Below are positions 10,721 through 20,207 of a DNA stretch of 64,000 bases, one piece after another; within the stretch, counting starts at the first letter, position 1; each line of letters opens with the position of its first letter. The stretch is from Blastocatellia bacterium (GTDB lineage: Bacteria > Acidobacteriota > Blastocatellia > UBA7656): the NCBI GenBank assembly GCA_963765495.1, contig CAVXWP010000009.1, positions 800,001 through 864,000 on the forward strand. Reading direction: 5' to 3'. The position numbers and the translations under genes are program-made. The notes beneath the pieces were generated by a model that saw nothing but the letters and a program-made list of their open reading frames with translations, did no database searches and was not told the origin of the DNA.

Positions 10721-11545
10721 TTAACTCCGGCTGACCTCTTTCAGTTTTATGTCGACCGTCGTGCCTGCGGTCTTGATCTTTGCGCGAACCGGAATGCGGT
10801 CGGCGTCCTCTGATACCCATATGGTCATCTCTCCGCTGTGGCGAACGTAGCGACCATCAAAGGCCTTCACATCCAGCCGCATGGTCTTGAATTTCCCCGC
10901 ATCCACTTTTATTTCTTCCTGCTGGTCGGCTACGACTTCGATGGTATAAGTCTTAGCGCCGTCGCTCAAGGGCAACGATATCGTTTCACCCGGCTTCATC
11001 TGCTGGGTTCGTACGAAATAGATAGCCGAAAGCACATCCAGTACCCAGGAGGGCGACGCTCCTTCTTCAACAGTCGGCTCGCTCGATTCATCTGCAATGT
11101 TTCTGTCAATGTAAGTCACGCGCCCGGTTTCCCGGTTTACGATGGATTTCTGCAATCGCCTGCGGTTTCCCTCCTCGATTTTAGTCGTGGAGGTGTAAAG
11201 CCCTATGTCTTTGGGAAAGACAACCGATGTATAACTGTTGTCGAGTTTGACGCCGAAGAGTTTAGGAAAGAACCCCCTGGAAACGGCTCTGGCATTGAGT
11301 TCCAGAAACCCGGGTTTTTGAGCCTCAGTGGGTTTCGCCACTCTAAGCGTGATTTCGCCTATCGTGCCTGAAAATATGAGCTTTGAAAAACTGGCGTCAT
11401 AAACAAGCGTCTCGCCCGGCTGGAAGGGAAGCGGCTCAATTACCGCAGGCCCCTTCGCATCCTTTTCGACATCGGCCTGAGCGCCGATAAGAGTTGCTGC
11501 TTGAATGAATACTAGTATTAAGGCTAAAAACATCTTTTCTCGCAT
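10721..11545 (-). CDS. DUF3108-like exported protein
   Basis: Signal peptide; PFQPGETLVY, DVLSAIYFVR, KVDAGKFKT, IWVSEDADRIPV. Confidence 0.75.
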   Translation of the reverse strand: MREKMFLALILVFIQAATLIGAQADVEKDAKGPAVIEPLPFQPGETLVYDASFSKLIFSGTIGEITLRVAKPTEAQKPGFLELNARAVSRGFFPKLFGVKLDNSYTSVVFPKDIGLYTSTTKIEEGNRRRLQKSIVNRETGRVTYIDRNIADESSEPTVEEGASPSWVLDVLSAIYFVRTQQMKPGETISLPLSDGAKTYTIEVVADQQEEIKVDAGKFKTMRLDVKAFDGRYVRHSGEMTIWVSEDADRIPVRAKIKTAGTTVDIKLKEVSRS

Positions 11546-11581
11546 AATACTTATTATACCCGTTCTGCCTGTGCGGGTGCA

Positions 11582-12190
11582 TCAACCGCCGGTAGACAGA
11601 AAAAATTTGACCAGAAGCAGCGCGTAGACGATCACAAATCCGAGCCCTGCTCGATACTCGCGATGATGCAGATAGCGCTTGAGATCAAAGCCCTTGCGAG
11701 CGCCGGGTATAGACTTGATTCCCTCTGAGGAGGAAGCCTGATAGGGTGTAATCCGAGGCAGAAAAAGCGGCACATTCCGGCTATAGTGCTCATATTCGCC
11801 CGGAAACAGTTCTCGTACGGTATCGGCTTCGGCAAACATCACAGGCACGTAAATCAGCAGATATAGCGCGATGAAAAGGGCTACGAACCATAGCGCCCCC
11901 GTGCCGACCGCTACCCCCGCGCCCAGCAAAAGAGTGCCGAAATAAAGCGGATTGCGGGTGTGCGCGTAAGGCCCCCGAGTGGCCAGTTCCTGATTCTTTT
12001 TCAAATGCCCCGAAGCCCATGCGCGCAGGGCGAGGCCGGTAAGGGCGATGACGGCTCCGGCTATGAGTGTAAGGCTGGTCGGTCGGGCCGCTATCACAAA
12101 AAGAGGGGCCATTGCGAATCCGGCGGGCACCCTGATTCTTTGCGCCAGGGCACGGAGATGGATCATCTTTTCTTCACTTGCCTCAAACAT
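11582..12190 (-). CDS. Isoprenylcysteine carboxylmethyltransferase / PEMT family membrane protein
   Basis: Motifs LRAWASGH, LATRGPYAHTRNPLYFG, FPGEYEHYSRNVPLFLP. Confidence 0.82.
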   Translation of the reverse strand: MFEASEEKMIHLRALAQRIRVPAGFAMAPLFVIAARPTSLTLIAGAVIALTGLALRAWASGHLKKNQELATRGPYAHTRNPLYFGTLLLGAGVAVGTGALWFVALFIALYLLIYVPVMFAEADTVRELFPGEYEHYSRNVPLFLPRITPYQASSSEGIKSIPGARKGFDLKRYLHHREYRAGLGFVIVYALLLVKFFLSTGG

Positions 12191-12204
12191 AGATTTGGCT
12201 GATG

Positions 12205-13320
12205 TCAGATTCGAATTGCAGGTTCGGCGAGTCGCGCCGAGACAGCCTCTGTGACGGCGCTGACCGGGATGTCCATACATTGCCAGTGCCAGCATTTACG
12301 GCGATGGCACTCGTCGCGGCACCAGAGGTCGCGGCCTACCGTCAGATCGCGTTTGTCGAAAGGGCCGTTGCGCTCGGGAGATGTCGGGCCGTAAATGCCG
12401 ACTATGGGAGTGCGGCAGGCAGCCGCCAGATGTAGCGGCCCTGTGTCGCCGCCTACGAATAGCTCCGCCCGCCGGGCAAGAGCCGCGAATTGCTTTAGCG
12501 ATGAGCGAAAGGGGCGGGCCGCGCCTGTCCGCGAACTGGCCGCTACAGCTTCGGCCAGCGCCTCCTCGCCCGGCCCGTAGGTTACAAACGATACGATCTG
12601 GCGCTCCGTCCACAACCAGTCCGCCACCTGTCCGTAACTCGAAACCGGCCAGAGCTTTGTCGGCCAGCCGCCGCCCGGGTTGAGTATGGCAAACCGTCTG
12701 CCTCGCTCGTTGATGGTTTCCATGACATAGCCTTCGTCTTCGCTGGGGATGACGATGGGAAATTCGTAGGCGGGCTGGCCAGACCGGGGATGAGTTATTC
12801 CTGACGCGCACGCGACATTCGGAGAATTTACGGCGAGGGAATCAAGGGCCGCACGGGCCAGCGCAAGATTCTTGTCAATAACATGTTTAATCTCTGCCGT
12901 CTTTACTTGATTGTTTAGAAAAAGACGACTTGCCTTTTCGCGCAGCTCGCCTGTTTCAAACCCCATCCGGCTCGCCGCCCTTGAGGCAGCCACGACCAGC
13001 CCGGATTTAATAAGCCCCTGAAAATCTATGGCAACATCTATTGAGGATCGGGATTCATTTTTTAAGCCTCCCCGAACACGCCCGATCTGCTCACGGATGT
13101 CCGCAATAGTTGCATCGTTTAGCGGGCGCTTGCGCCAGGCGCGGGTGTCAACCTCTATCAATTCATCTATGGCGGGACAGTCTTTAAGAATGGCGCTCGC
13201 ACGCCGCTCTACCACCCACGAGATGTGAGCGTCAGACAAATTTCGCCTGATCTCAGCCGCCGCCGGCAGCGTATGAACCACGTCGCCTATCGAACTGAGC
13301 TTGACTATCAATATTTGCAT
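12205..13320 (-). CDS. waaC: LPS heptosyltransferase (GT9, WaaC-like)
   Basis: Motifs ILIVKLSSIGDVVHTLP, AIDFQGLIKS, KLWP, GGDTGPLHLAAA, YGPT. Start at ATG 13320. Confidence 0.82.
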   Translation of the reverse strand: MQILIVKLSSIGDVVHTLPAAAEIRRNLSDAHISWVVERRASAILKDCPAIDELIEVDTRAWRKRPLNDATIADIREQIGRVRGGLKNESRSSIDVAIDFQGLIKSGLVVAASRAASRMGFETGELREKASRLFLNNQVKTAEIKHVIDKNLALARAALDSLAVNSPNVACASGITHPRSGQPAYEFPIVIPSEDEGYVMETINERGRRFAILNPGGGWPTKLWPVSSYGQVADWLWTERQIVSFVTYGPGEEALAEAVAASSRTGAARPFRSSLKQFAALARRAELFVGGDTGPLHLAAACRTPIVGIYGPTSPERNGPFDKRDLTVGRDLWCRDECHRRKCWHWQCMDIPVSAVTEAVSARLAEPAIRI

Positions 13321-13625
13321 CGTATCCGGGTAAATAGAGACTTTCGAAAAATCGCAAAGAGAGATTATACCACCTACCTCCCTCCTTAATTCATTACCCG
13401 AGTCGGCACAAGTACTGAAAGCGGCAACTGCTTCCGCCCGGATTTCTCTAATCCTCAATTCCAAAAATTGGTAACACTTTTGGCCACTCATCTGAAATGA
13501 TCCGGCAGATACATTACTCCGTTTCCATATGTTTTGTAATATATAAATCATTCAAATTTGGCAATTTATCTTACTTAAGTCTTCTTTTACAGATGTTTTC
13601 CGGATGTGGCAGTGGTTGTTGGTTA

Positions 13626-13659
13626 TCCAAATATTTGGAATTTAATTCAAATATTTGGA
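13626..13659 (+). promoter_or_regulatory. Tandem palindromic enhancer (putative bEBP upstream activating sequence)
   Basis: TCCAAATATTTGGA (13626-39) and TTCAAATATTTGGA (13646-59), 20-bp period, 91 bp upstream of a -24 GG; the same layout recurs at 19916-19949. Confidence 0.7.
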
Positions 13660-13747
13660 TAAATTCAATAAAATTGATCTTCATTGAGGAACAAGAGAAA
13701 GCGAGCTAAATAGAGTTATAGCTAAGTTAAGCTCCCAAACGGGTTTT

Positions 13748-13764
13748 CAGGTATAGGAATTGCC
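13748..13764 (+). promoter_or_regulatory. Sigma-54 (-24/-12) promoter of receptor 1
   Basis: caGGtataggaattGCc: GG-N10-GC with TTGC. Confidence 0.7.
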
Positions 13765-13959
13765 TGTATTGAACCGACTCAGGGGACATCCAGAGAGATT
13801 ATGGGGCAATGCAACAAAGGTACTCACCGACTTTAGATACGAGTGTATTTGGTCAAGCACAGGCTCCATTTTTATCAGTATTTCAAGGATAAGCTACTCC
13901 CCAAACTCTGTCGGTGAGCAAGACCAAACAATTCAACTATTTATGAAGGAGGAGAATCC

Positions 13960-16900
13960 GTGAATAGAATCCTATCGATAAAAGGTTCTTTCCGTAAGGT
14001 GAGCAGCTTTCTCATGCTCATCGCTCTCCTGATCGGCCCCGGCTCTGCATTTTCAGCCCTGGCCTCTTCTCAGGAGATTTCCGGTAGCATTCAGGGGACG
14101 GTCAAGGACCCGGCCGGAGCAGTCATCCCCGATGCTTCCATCACTGCTACGAGTGATAGACAAACCTTTAAGACCACATCCGACTCTGCTGGCAACTACA
14201 CCATCTCGGCCCTCCCGCCGGGCAATTATGTAGTTACGGCATCGGGCTCCGGCTTCAAGTCGGTCAAGCGCGAGAATGTGCCTGTCGTACTTGGAAAGAC
14301 CTTGCAGGTAAACTTCGACATGGAAGTTGCTGTAAGTGGAGAAGAAGTGACGATCACGGCAGCCGACGAGCCGCTGGTGGACGTGACCTCTACAAAGACG
14401 GCTACAAACGTGACCCAGCAAGAGATCAACGTCATACCGAAATCACTCAACTTCTCTTCGCTGATTCAGGTAGCCCCCGGAACCCGCGCTGAATCGAAAT
14501 CAGGTGGATTCCAGATTGATGGAGCATCCGGCTCAGAGAACGTCTTTATCGTAGACGGCGTGGAAGTTACCAGAATTGACGATGGAACTCTTGGCCGAAC
14601 CAAGAACATTCCGAACGATTTCGTAAAGGAACTTCAGATCAAGAGCGGCGGATATGAAGCAGAGTACGGCGGAGCGACAGGCGGAGTTGTAAACGTAGTG
14701 ACCAGAGGTGGGACGAATGATTTCCACGGGGAACTGCGATTCGAGTACACGTCTGACACGTTCCGAGCCGAAGACAACCCGACCTTGAGGCTTGCTCCGC
14801 AAGATACAGACACATTCGAGTACTTCCATAACCGGGACGGGAAGGACAAGACACGATTTTTCAGCCCGATCATCAACATCGGCGGGCCGATAGTCAAGGA
14901 TCACGTATGGTTCTACACGAGCTATGCGCCACAGTACACAAGGACGACACAACGGACCGATCTAATCCGTGTCAACCCGGGCGTGGGAGTAGATTCGCTC
15001 GACACTCGCTTTATCACGACGCGAGAAAAAATCGACTACTTCCTGGGACGGCTTGACTGGGCCGCAAGCGACAGGCTTTCGGTATACGGCAACTTTATCA
15101 ACAGCCCGATCAAATCCGAAGGTCAGCAACTGGGCGCTGAAGTCACAGGCTCTACGGCCTTCAATGACATTCGACTCGGCGAAAAAGGCGGCTACGTCCC
15201 GGCGTGGCAGGCAGCATTCGGAGTGAACTATTCGGCGACGGATCACCTGATCCTGAGCTTCCGAGGCGGCCACACCTATCTCAACGATAAGGGCGGTTCC
15301 TACGACATTCCCGTAGGCATCCCGCTCTACACGATATCGGCTGCCTGCGCTCCTCCGCTCAACGGATGCGCTGCCGGTTCAACAGCTACGGGCACGCCGA
15401 TCATACAGACCAACTTTGCAACGGCCTTCAACATCACTCGCCGTACGAACCTCAACTTTGATGCGACCTACATCACGAGGTTCCTCGGCCAGCAGCACAC
15501 CTTCAAGGGTGGCTATCAGGTCAACCGCCTCAGCAACAAGGTCAACGAAGGCTATCAGGGCGGGATCATCAACTTCTACTTCAATCGTTCATATCTGGGC
15601 GAGCGAGGAACCTATGGTTATTATCGAACGACCGACTTCGGAACCGTAGGCGATGTCAACAGCAAAAACCAGGGTTTCTTCGTTCAGGATCAGTGGCAGA
15701 TTCATCCTCGCTTGACCGCAAACATCGGTCTCCGCATTGAGAATGAGTTCCTGCCCGCATTCCCGATTGACACAACCTTCCACCCGACCATTCCAGCCGA
15801 CGCGCAGATTTCGACCAAGCCGATTGATTTTGGCTGGGGCGACAAGATCGCGCCGAGAGTCGGATTGGCCTGGGATGTATTCGGAACCGGAAAGCTGAAA
15901 GTCTACGGCAGCTTCTCAATATTCTATGACACGATGAAGTATGAGCTTCCACGCGGCTCGTTCGGCGGCGATCACTTCATCAGAACATGGTACACGCTCG
16001 ATACACCGAACTTCACGAGCATCAATCTCGGCAACACGCCGGGCAACATCATCGACGGACCGCTTGATTTCCGCGTACCGTCAAACGTAGTGCTTGCCGG
16101 TGAGCGGCCCACGATTGACCCGAACCTCAAGCCCACTAAAGAGCGAGAGTACACCTTTGGCGGCGACTATGCGCTGGGCACAAATCTTGTTGCAAGCGCA
16201 CGATTCACCCGCAAGAGGCTTGACCGAACGATAGAAGACATCGGTGGGCTCGACGCGGCGGGCAACGAAGTGTACACGATAGGCAACCCGGGATTTGGAG
16301 TATCGATAACGGACTTCAATCCGCCGACGCCGAAGGCGGTACGCGAGTACACAGGGTTGGAATTGAGGCTCGACAAGAGGTTCACAAACAACTGGTACGC
16401 GAATCTGTCGTACACCTACAGCAAGCTGTATGGAAACTACTCCGGGCTGGCCAGTTCGGATGAGAATGGACGAACAAGCCCGAACGTAAACCGCTACTTC
16501 GATTTACCGGAGCTTGTGTATGACACACATGGACAGCAGGTACTCGGCCGGTTGGCAACGGATCGACCGAACACGTTCAAGGCATTTGCCAGCTATCAGT
16601 TCCACTACTGGGGAATGAGTACGGACATCGGCGGTACGCAGTTGATCTACCAGGGCATACCGATCTCGACGATCCTATCGGAGCACGTCGGAGGGGGCGG
16701 AGCGGAAATCTATCCCGAAGGCCGAGGCGATCTGGGGAGAACAGAGGCGTTCACACAGACTGATCTGGTGATCAATCACCTGATCAAGCTGACGGAGAAT
16801 GTGAAGCTGCGTTTCTCGATGAACGTATTCAATCTGTTCGACGAGAGAAACCAGACCAACATCTTCGCCAACTATCTTGCGGCGGGCCAGGTAGTGCAGT

Positions 16901-17073
16901 ACGGAAATGCAAATGATTCGTTTGATGTAGCATTTCCGATCTTCATCAACTCGAACGGAGATTGGCAGCAGAGAATCGCGAATCAGGGTCTGGTTGTTGA
17001 CCCCCGGTTTGGCCAGGCCAACACCTTCCAGGCACCGCGCGAAGCTCGCTTCGCAGTCGGCGTCCAGTGGTAA
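13960..17073 (+). CDS. Oar-like TonB-dependent receptor with N-terminal carboxypeptidase-regulatory domain
   Basis: Signal peptide; GSIQGTVKDPAGAVIP; plug motif ENVFIVDG..IKSGGYEAEYGGATGGVVNVVTRGGTN; FVQDQW; APRVGLAWD; C-terminal beta-signal VGVQW. Confidence 0.92.
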   Translation: MNRILSIKGSFRKVSSFLMLIALLIGPGSAFSALASSQEISGSIQGTVKDPAGAVIPDASITATSDRQTFKTTSDSAGNYTISALPPGNYVVTASGSGFKSVKRENVPVVLGKTLQVNFDMEVAVSGEEVTITAADEPLVDVTSTKTATNVTQQEINVIPKSLNFSSLIQVAPGTRAESKSGGFQIDGASGSENVFIVDGVEVTRIDDGTLGRTKNIPNDFVKELQIKSGGYEAEYGGATGGVVNVVTRGGTNDFHGELRFEYTSDTFRAEDNPTLRLAPQDTDTFEYFHNRDGKDKTRFFSPIINIGGPIVKDHVWFYTSYAPQYTRTTQRTDLIRVNPGVGVDSLDTRFITTREKIDYFLGRLDWAASDRLSVYGNFINSPIKSEGQQLGAEVTGSTAFNDIRLGEKGGYVPAWQAAFGVNYSATDHLILSFRGGHTYLNDKGGSYDIPVGIPLYTISAACAPPLNGCAAGSTATGTPIIQTNFATAFNITRRTNLNFDATYITRFLGQQHTFKGGYQVNRLSNKVNEGYQGGIINFYFNRSYLGERGTYGYYRTTDFGTVGDVNSKNQGFFVQDQWQIHPRLTANIGLRIENEFLPAFPIDTTFHPTIPADAQISTKPIDFGWGDKIAPRVGLAWDVFGTGKLKVYGSFSIFYDTMKYELPRGSFGGDHFIRTWYTLDTPNFTSINLGNTPGNIIDGPLDFRVPSNVVLAGERPTIDPNLKPTKEREYTFGGDYALGTNLVASARFTRKRLDRTIEDIGGLDAAGNEVYTIGNPGFGVSITDFNPPTPKAVREYTGLELRLDKRFTNNWYANLSYTYSKLYGNYSGLASSDENGRTSPNVNRYFDLPELVYDTHGQQVLGRLATDRPNTFKAFASYQFHYWGMSTDIGGTQLIYQGIPISTILSEHVGGGGAEIYPEGRGDLGRTEAFTQTDLVINHLIKLTENVKLRFSMNVFNLFDERNQTNIFANYLAAGQVVQYGNANDSFDVAFPIFINSNGDWQQRIANQGLVVDPRFGQANTFQAPREARFAVGVQW

Positions 17074-17106
17074 GAGAGTAGTCTTATTAAGTGAAATTCT
17101 TTTCAC

Positions 17107-17140
17107 TTGCCCGCCCTCTCAGTGAGGGCGGGCAATTTTA
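17107..17140 (+). terminator. Intrinsic terminator
   Basis: ttgcccgccctc-tcagt-gagggcgggcaa followed by tttt. Confidence 0.8.
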
Positions 17141-17404
17141 TTGAGTGCCCGCCTTATTACGAGCCTCGATTATTCTCGCTTCGCAGCAATAGCGTTTTAT
17201 ATGAATGGTTGGGAATGGGAGTCAGAGGCGGGGTCGCATCGACCTGTTGAAATATCGGGCAGGTAGTCGGTAATGACCGGCAGAGAGCGAGATAACCTCG
17301 CCGATTATGCTTTTGTGGATGAGCGAAAGTGACCCTTCTTTTAGCGATCACTTTCCATGTCGCTCGCTACTTTCTCAGCCGCTACTTTCTCAGTCGCGGG
17401 GCGG

Positions 17405-18424
17405 TCAATTCTTTTGATTTGCTTTCTCGCGCAACTGCACGATCAGGCTTTCGTATTTCTGACGCTGAGCCGTCTGATGCTCAGTCGGCGGGATGGTCTT
17501 CAAATAAGCATCCAGGACATCGGCCGCTTCTTTATACTGCTTGTTGTCGCTATAGAGAGTGGCGAGATAGAGGTAGGCATCTTTTACATCTTCCCCGCCG
17601 ATTTCAATAGCTTTTTTCAAAAACTGCATAGCTTCCATTTTTGTATCCTTTGCCTGAGCCAGGACTATTCCCAGTTGCATATTTGTATAAGCCGAATCGG
17701 ACTTGAGTTCCACTGTGCGCCTGAGCATCTCTATCGCACGGTCTCGCTCGTTCAAACTGAAGAGAGTATAACCGAGCAGGTAACAGCTCTGCCAGCTGTC
17801 CTTATTTACTTCGACTGCGTGTTCAAGAATCGGCCTTGCCGCCTCGAACTGATTGCGCTTTACATATTCGAGTCCCATCACCTCAAGCGCGTCATAGTAA
17901 TCGGGAAAGATTTTGACCGAACTCTTAAAAGCCGCAATCGCCTCATCGAAAGAGCCCTGTTCCAGGCTTTTCACGCCTTTAAGGTATTCATCTTTGGCTT
18001 TAGCCGGGACATCCTGATAAAAGACCAGACCGGGCGACGCACCCGCTTTTTCGTCTCGTTTTGCCTCTTTTACTCTCAGCACGAAATCAACGCGGAAGAC
18101 CTCGCCGCCCCGATTGCTGACGGTAAAGGGGTTGACCTCGACTCTCTCGGTTTGCCGCTCGAAATCCGATCCCGCAGGCTCGACCCTCACATAGAAGGTC
18201 CCCGCAGTCAGGTTGTTAAACCTGTAGCGCCCGGCGCTGTCGGTATAGACCATTCTGAGTTCCGAATAGCCTTCGTTGAGAAGCGATACGCGGGCATTTT
18301 GATAGGGTTGATTCTTGGTCGTAGTGACCCGCCCGTCTATGGTATTGCGCCCCTGAAAAGCAGAACTGCCGATCAGAGGTTGCCAAAACGTGAGTGCTAG
18401 CGCGATGAAAAAAACTGCTGGCAT
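17405..18424 (-). CDS. Exported carboxypeptidase-regulatory (Ig-like) domain + TPR protein, paralog 1
   Basis: Signal peptide; TIDGRV..YTDSAGRYRF..GTFYVRVEP; several TPRs (FPDYYDALE). Confidence 0.85.
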   Translation of the reverse strand: MPAVFFIALALTFWQPLIGSSAFQGRNTIDGRVTTTKNQPYQNARVSLLNEGYSELRMVYTDSAGRYRFNNLTAGTFYVRVEPAGSDFERQTERVEVNPFTVSNRGGEVFRVDFVLRVKEAKRDEKAGASPGLVFYQDVPAKAKDEYLKGVKSLEQGSFDEAIAAFKSSVKIFPDYYDALEVMGLEYVKRNQFEAARPILEHAVEVNKDSWQSCYLLGYTLFSLNERDRAIEMLRRTVELKSDSAYTNMQLGIVLAQAKDTKMEAMQFLKKAIEIGGEDVKDAYLYLATLYSDNKQYKEAADVLDAYLKTIPPTEHQTAQRQKYESLIVQLREKANQKN

Positions 18425-18544
18425 AACTTTAATTCTCCAGGTTCCGTCGTCCACAAAATATGATGAGTGATTGGTTGAACACATTCTATCAGAAAAGCTC
18501 TTGCGGTTCTATTTATGATTGAGAGAGAAAGCGGGTGGGCAAAG

Positions 18545-18589
18545 AATAAAAATGGTTCGAGTCGGCAAAAACTTCGCCGACTCGAACCT
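18545..18589 (-). terminator. Intrinsic terminator of the 18626-19675 gene
   Basis: Stem ggttcgagtcggc..gccgactcgaacc with a T-rich tail on the minus strand. Confidence 0.65.
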
Positions 18590-18625
18590 GTTACTGTCGA
18601 GGCCGCAGGCGCTGCTGTATTCAGA

Positions 18626-19675
18626 TCACTTCTTTGTCGCAGCCGCTTTCTCTCTCAGTTTTTCTACAATCTTTTTGAACTGTTCGATCTGGGCTTGAAC
18701 TTTCTGGTCGCCGTTTTTCGGGAGGGTTTTAATATAAGCCTCAAGCGCGTCGGCCGATTCGCTATATTGCTGATTCAGATTATACAGCTTGGCAAGTTCG
18801 AAATAGGAATCGGGCACCTGGCTGCCCGCCGCATCGGCGACCTTCTTCAGTCTCTGAATCGCCTCTTCCCGTGTTGTCTTGTCTTCGGCCAGCGTCATCC
18901 CGAGCCGCATGTTGGCGTTTATCGAATCGGGGTTTAGTTCAAGCGCCTTTCTGAGCGCGCCTATGCCCTCCTCTCGTTGTTTCAATTCAAGCAGGGTGAC
19001 GCCGAGCGAGTAAAAGGCCCTGTAGGCATCTTTATTTATCTCAACTGCGTGAGCCAAAAGCGGGCGCGCAGCCTCATATTCTTGTCGTTTGAGATACTCT
19101 GTGCCGAGCATTTCAAGAGCGTAAAAGTAATCCGGGAAAAGCTCTATGGCCTTCTTCAGCGAGGCCGCCGCCGAATCGAAATCATTCTTATCGAGGCTCT
19201 TCATACCTTTCATAAACTCTTCCCTGGCAGGGTCCGGGATTTCCTGATGAAAGGTTGTGGCGTCTGCGCCCGTTGGACCTTTGGCGGCGTTCGTGGTTTT
19301 TGGCTGGAATCTGAACTCGACCCTGAATATCTCACCGCCGCCCGTGGTGCTCATGCCGATAGGGTTGACTTCGACCCTTTCGGTCTGCTGATCGTATTCG
19401 CCTCCGATTGGTTCTACCCTGACGTAAAACGTTCCGCGCGGCACGCCCTGCAATCGGAAGCGCCCGGCTCCGTCCGTGTAGGCCAGCCTGAGTTGGCCGT
19501 AGCCGTCATCCAAAAGAAAGACGCGGGCATTTTCAAGACCCTGATTGTTACCGACCGTCACCCGACCTTCGATAGTGTTAGACGAAGGCCGAATACTTGT
19601 ATCCTGAAGGATTGGATTGATCGTTCCGCCAAAACCGACAAAGACCGATAAGCTGAAGAGAAAGACTAGAAACAC
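18626..19675 (-). CDS. Exported carboxypeptidase-regulatory domain + TPR protein, paralog 2
   Basis: TIEGRV..YTDGAGRFRL..GGEIFRVEF; TPRs (FPDYFYALE, NPDSINANMRLG). Confidence 0.85.
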   Translation of the reverse strand: MFLVFLFSLSVFVGFGGTINPILQDTSIRPSSNTIEGRVTVGNNQGLENARVFLLDDGYGQLRLAYTDGAGRFRLQGVPRGTFYVRVEPIGGEYDQQTERVEVNPIGMSTTGGGEIFRVEFRFQPKTTNAAKGPTGADATTFHQEIPDPAREEFMKGMKSLDKNDFDSAAASLKKAIELFPDYFYALEMLGTEYLKRQEYEAARPLLAHAVEINKDAYRAFYSLGVTLLELKQREEGIGALRKALELNPDSINANMRLGMTLAEDKTTREEAIQRLKKVADAAGSQVPDSYFELAKLYNLNQQYSESADALEAYIKTLPKNGDQKVQAQIEQFKKIVEKLREKAAATKK

Positions 19676-19915
19676 GGTGAAATCCTCCTAAAGAAATGTA
19701 TTTGCGGATGCGAAGAAACTGCTAAACGGCGCGCCTATTCTAGCAGATATGTCGATACCAATCTATCAGGGTCAGGGCAAAATCAGCGCCGTCGAGCCAT
19801 CTGCGGCAAATCTCGCTCCACGAAGGGAGAAGGACTTCAAGTCGCAAGGGATTTGTCATTTTCATTGAGCCTGGCTCAAAGCCGCCACCTACTGGCGGCA
19901 ATAGATAAAAGATCA

Positions 19916-19949
19916 TCCAAAATTTTGAATGAAATTCCAAAATTTTGGA
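19916..19949 (+). promoter_or_regulatory. Tandem palindromic enhancer, second copy
   Basis: TCCAAAATTTTGAA and TCCAAAATTTTGGA, 20-bp period, 90 bp upstream of a -24 GG. Confidence 0.7.
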
Positions 19950-20036
19950 AAGCCTACGAACTTTACAAACGAATGGAAAGAGGCTGAAAAGAGCTAAGTA
20001 AAAGATATTACTATCTTAACCTGAAACGCTGAATCT

Positions 20037-20053
20037 TGGGTATCAAAGTTGCC
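20037..20053 (+). promoter_or_regulatory. Sigma-54 promoter of receptor 2
   Basis: tgGGtatcaaagttGCc: GG-N10-GC. Confidence 0.7.
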
Positions 20054-20207
20054 AGGAAGGGCGGCTACGGGGAATTCCTATAATATTGCGAATGAACAAA
20101 ACCGAGGCTCCGAACTTCGCAGTAGGATAGGAAAGCTACTTCCCAATCTTAGCTAGAGATCAAAGACCTAAAATTTAGGATATCTGTATTTAGAAGGAGG
20201 AGAATCT

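Noticed and set aside
18553-18589. GGTTCGAGTC resembling a tRNA T-loop
   Set aside because: It is one arm of a hairpin with a minus-strand T-tail (terminator); no cloverleaf can be formed.
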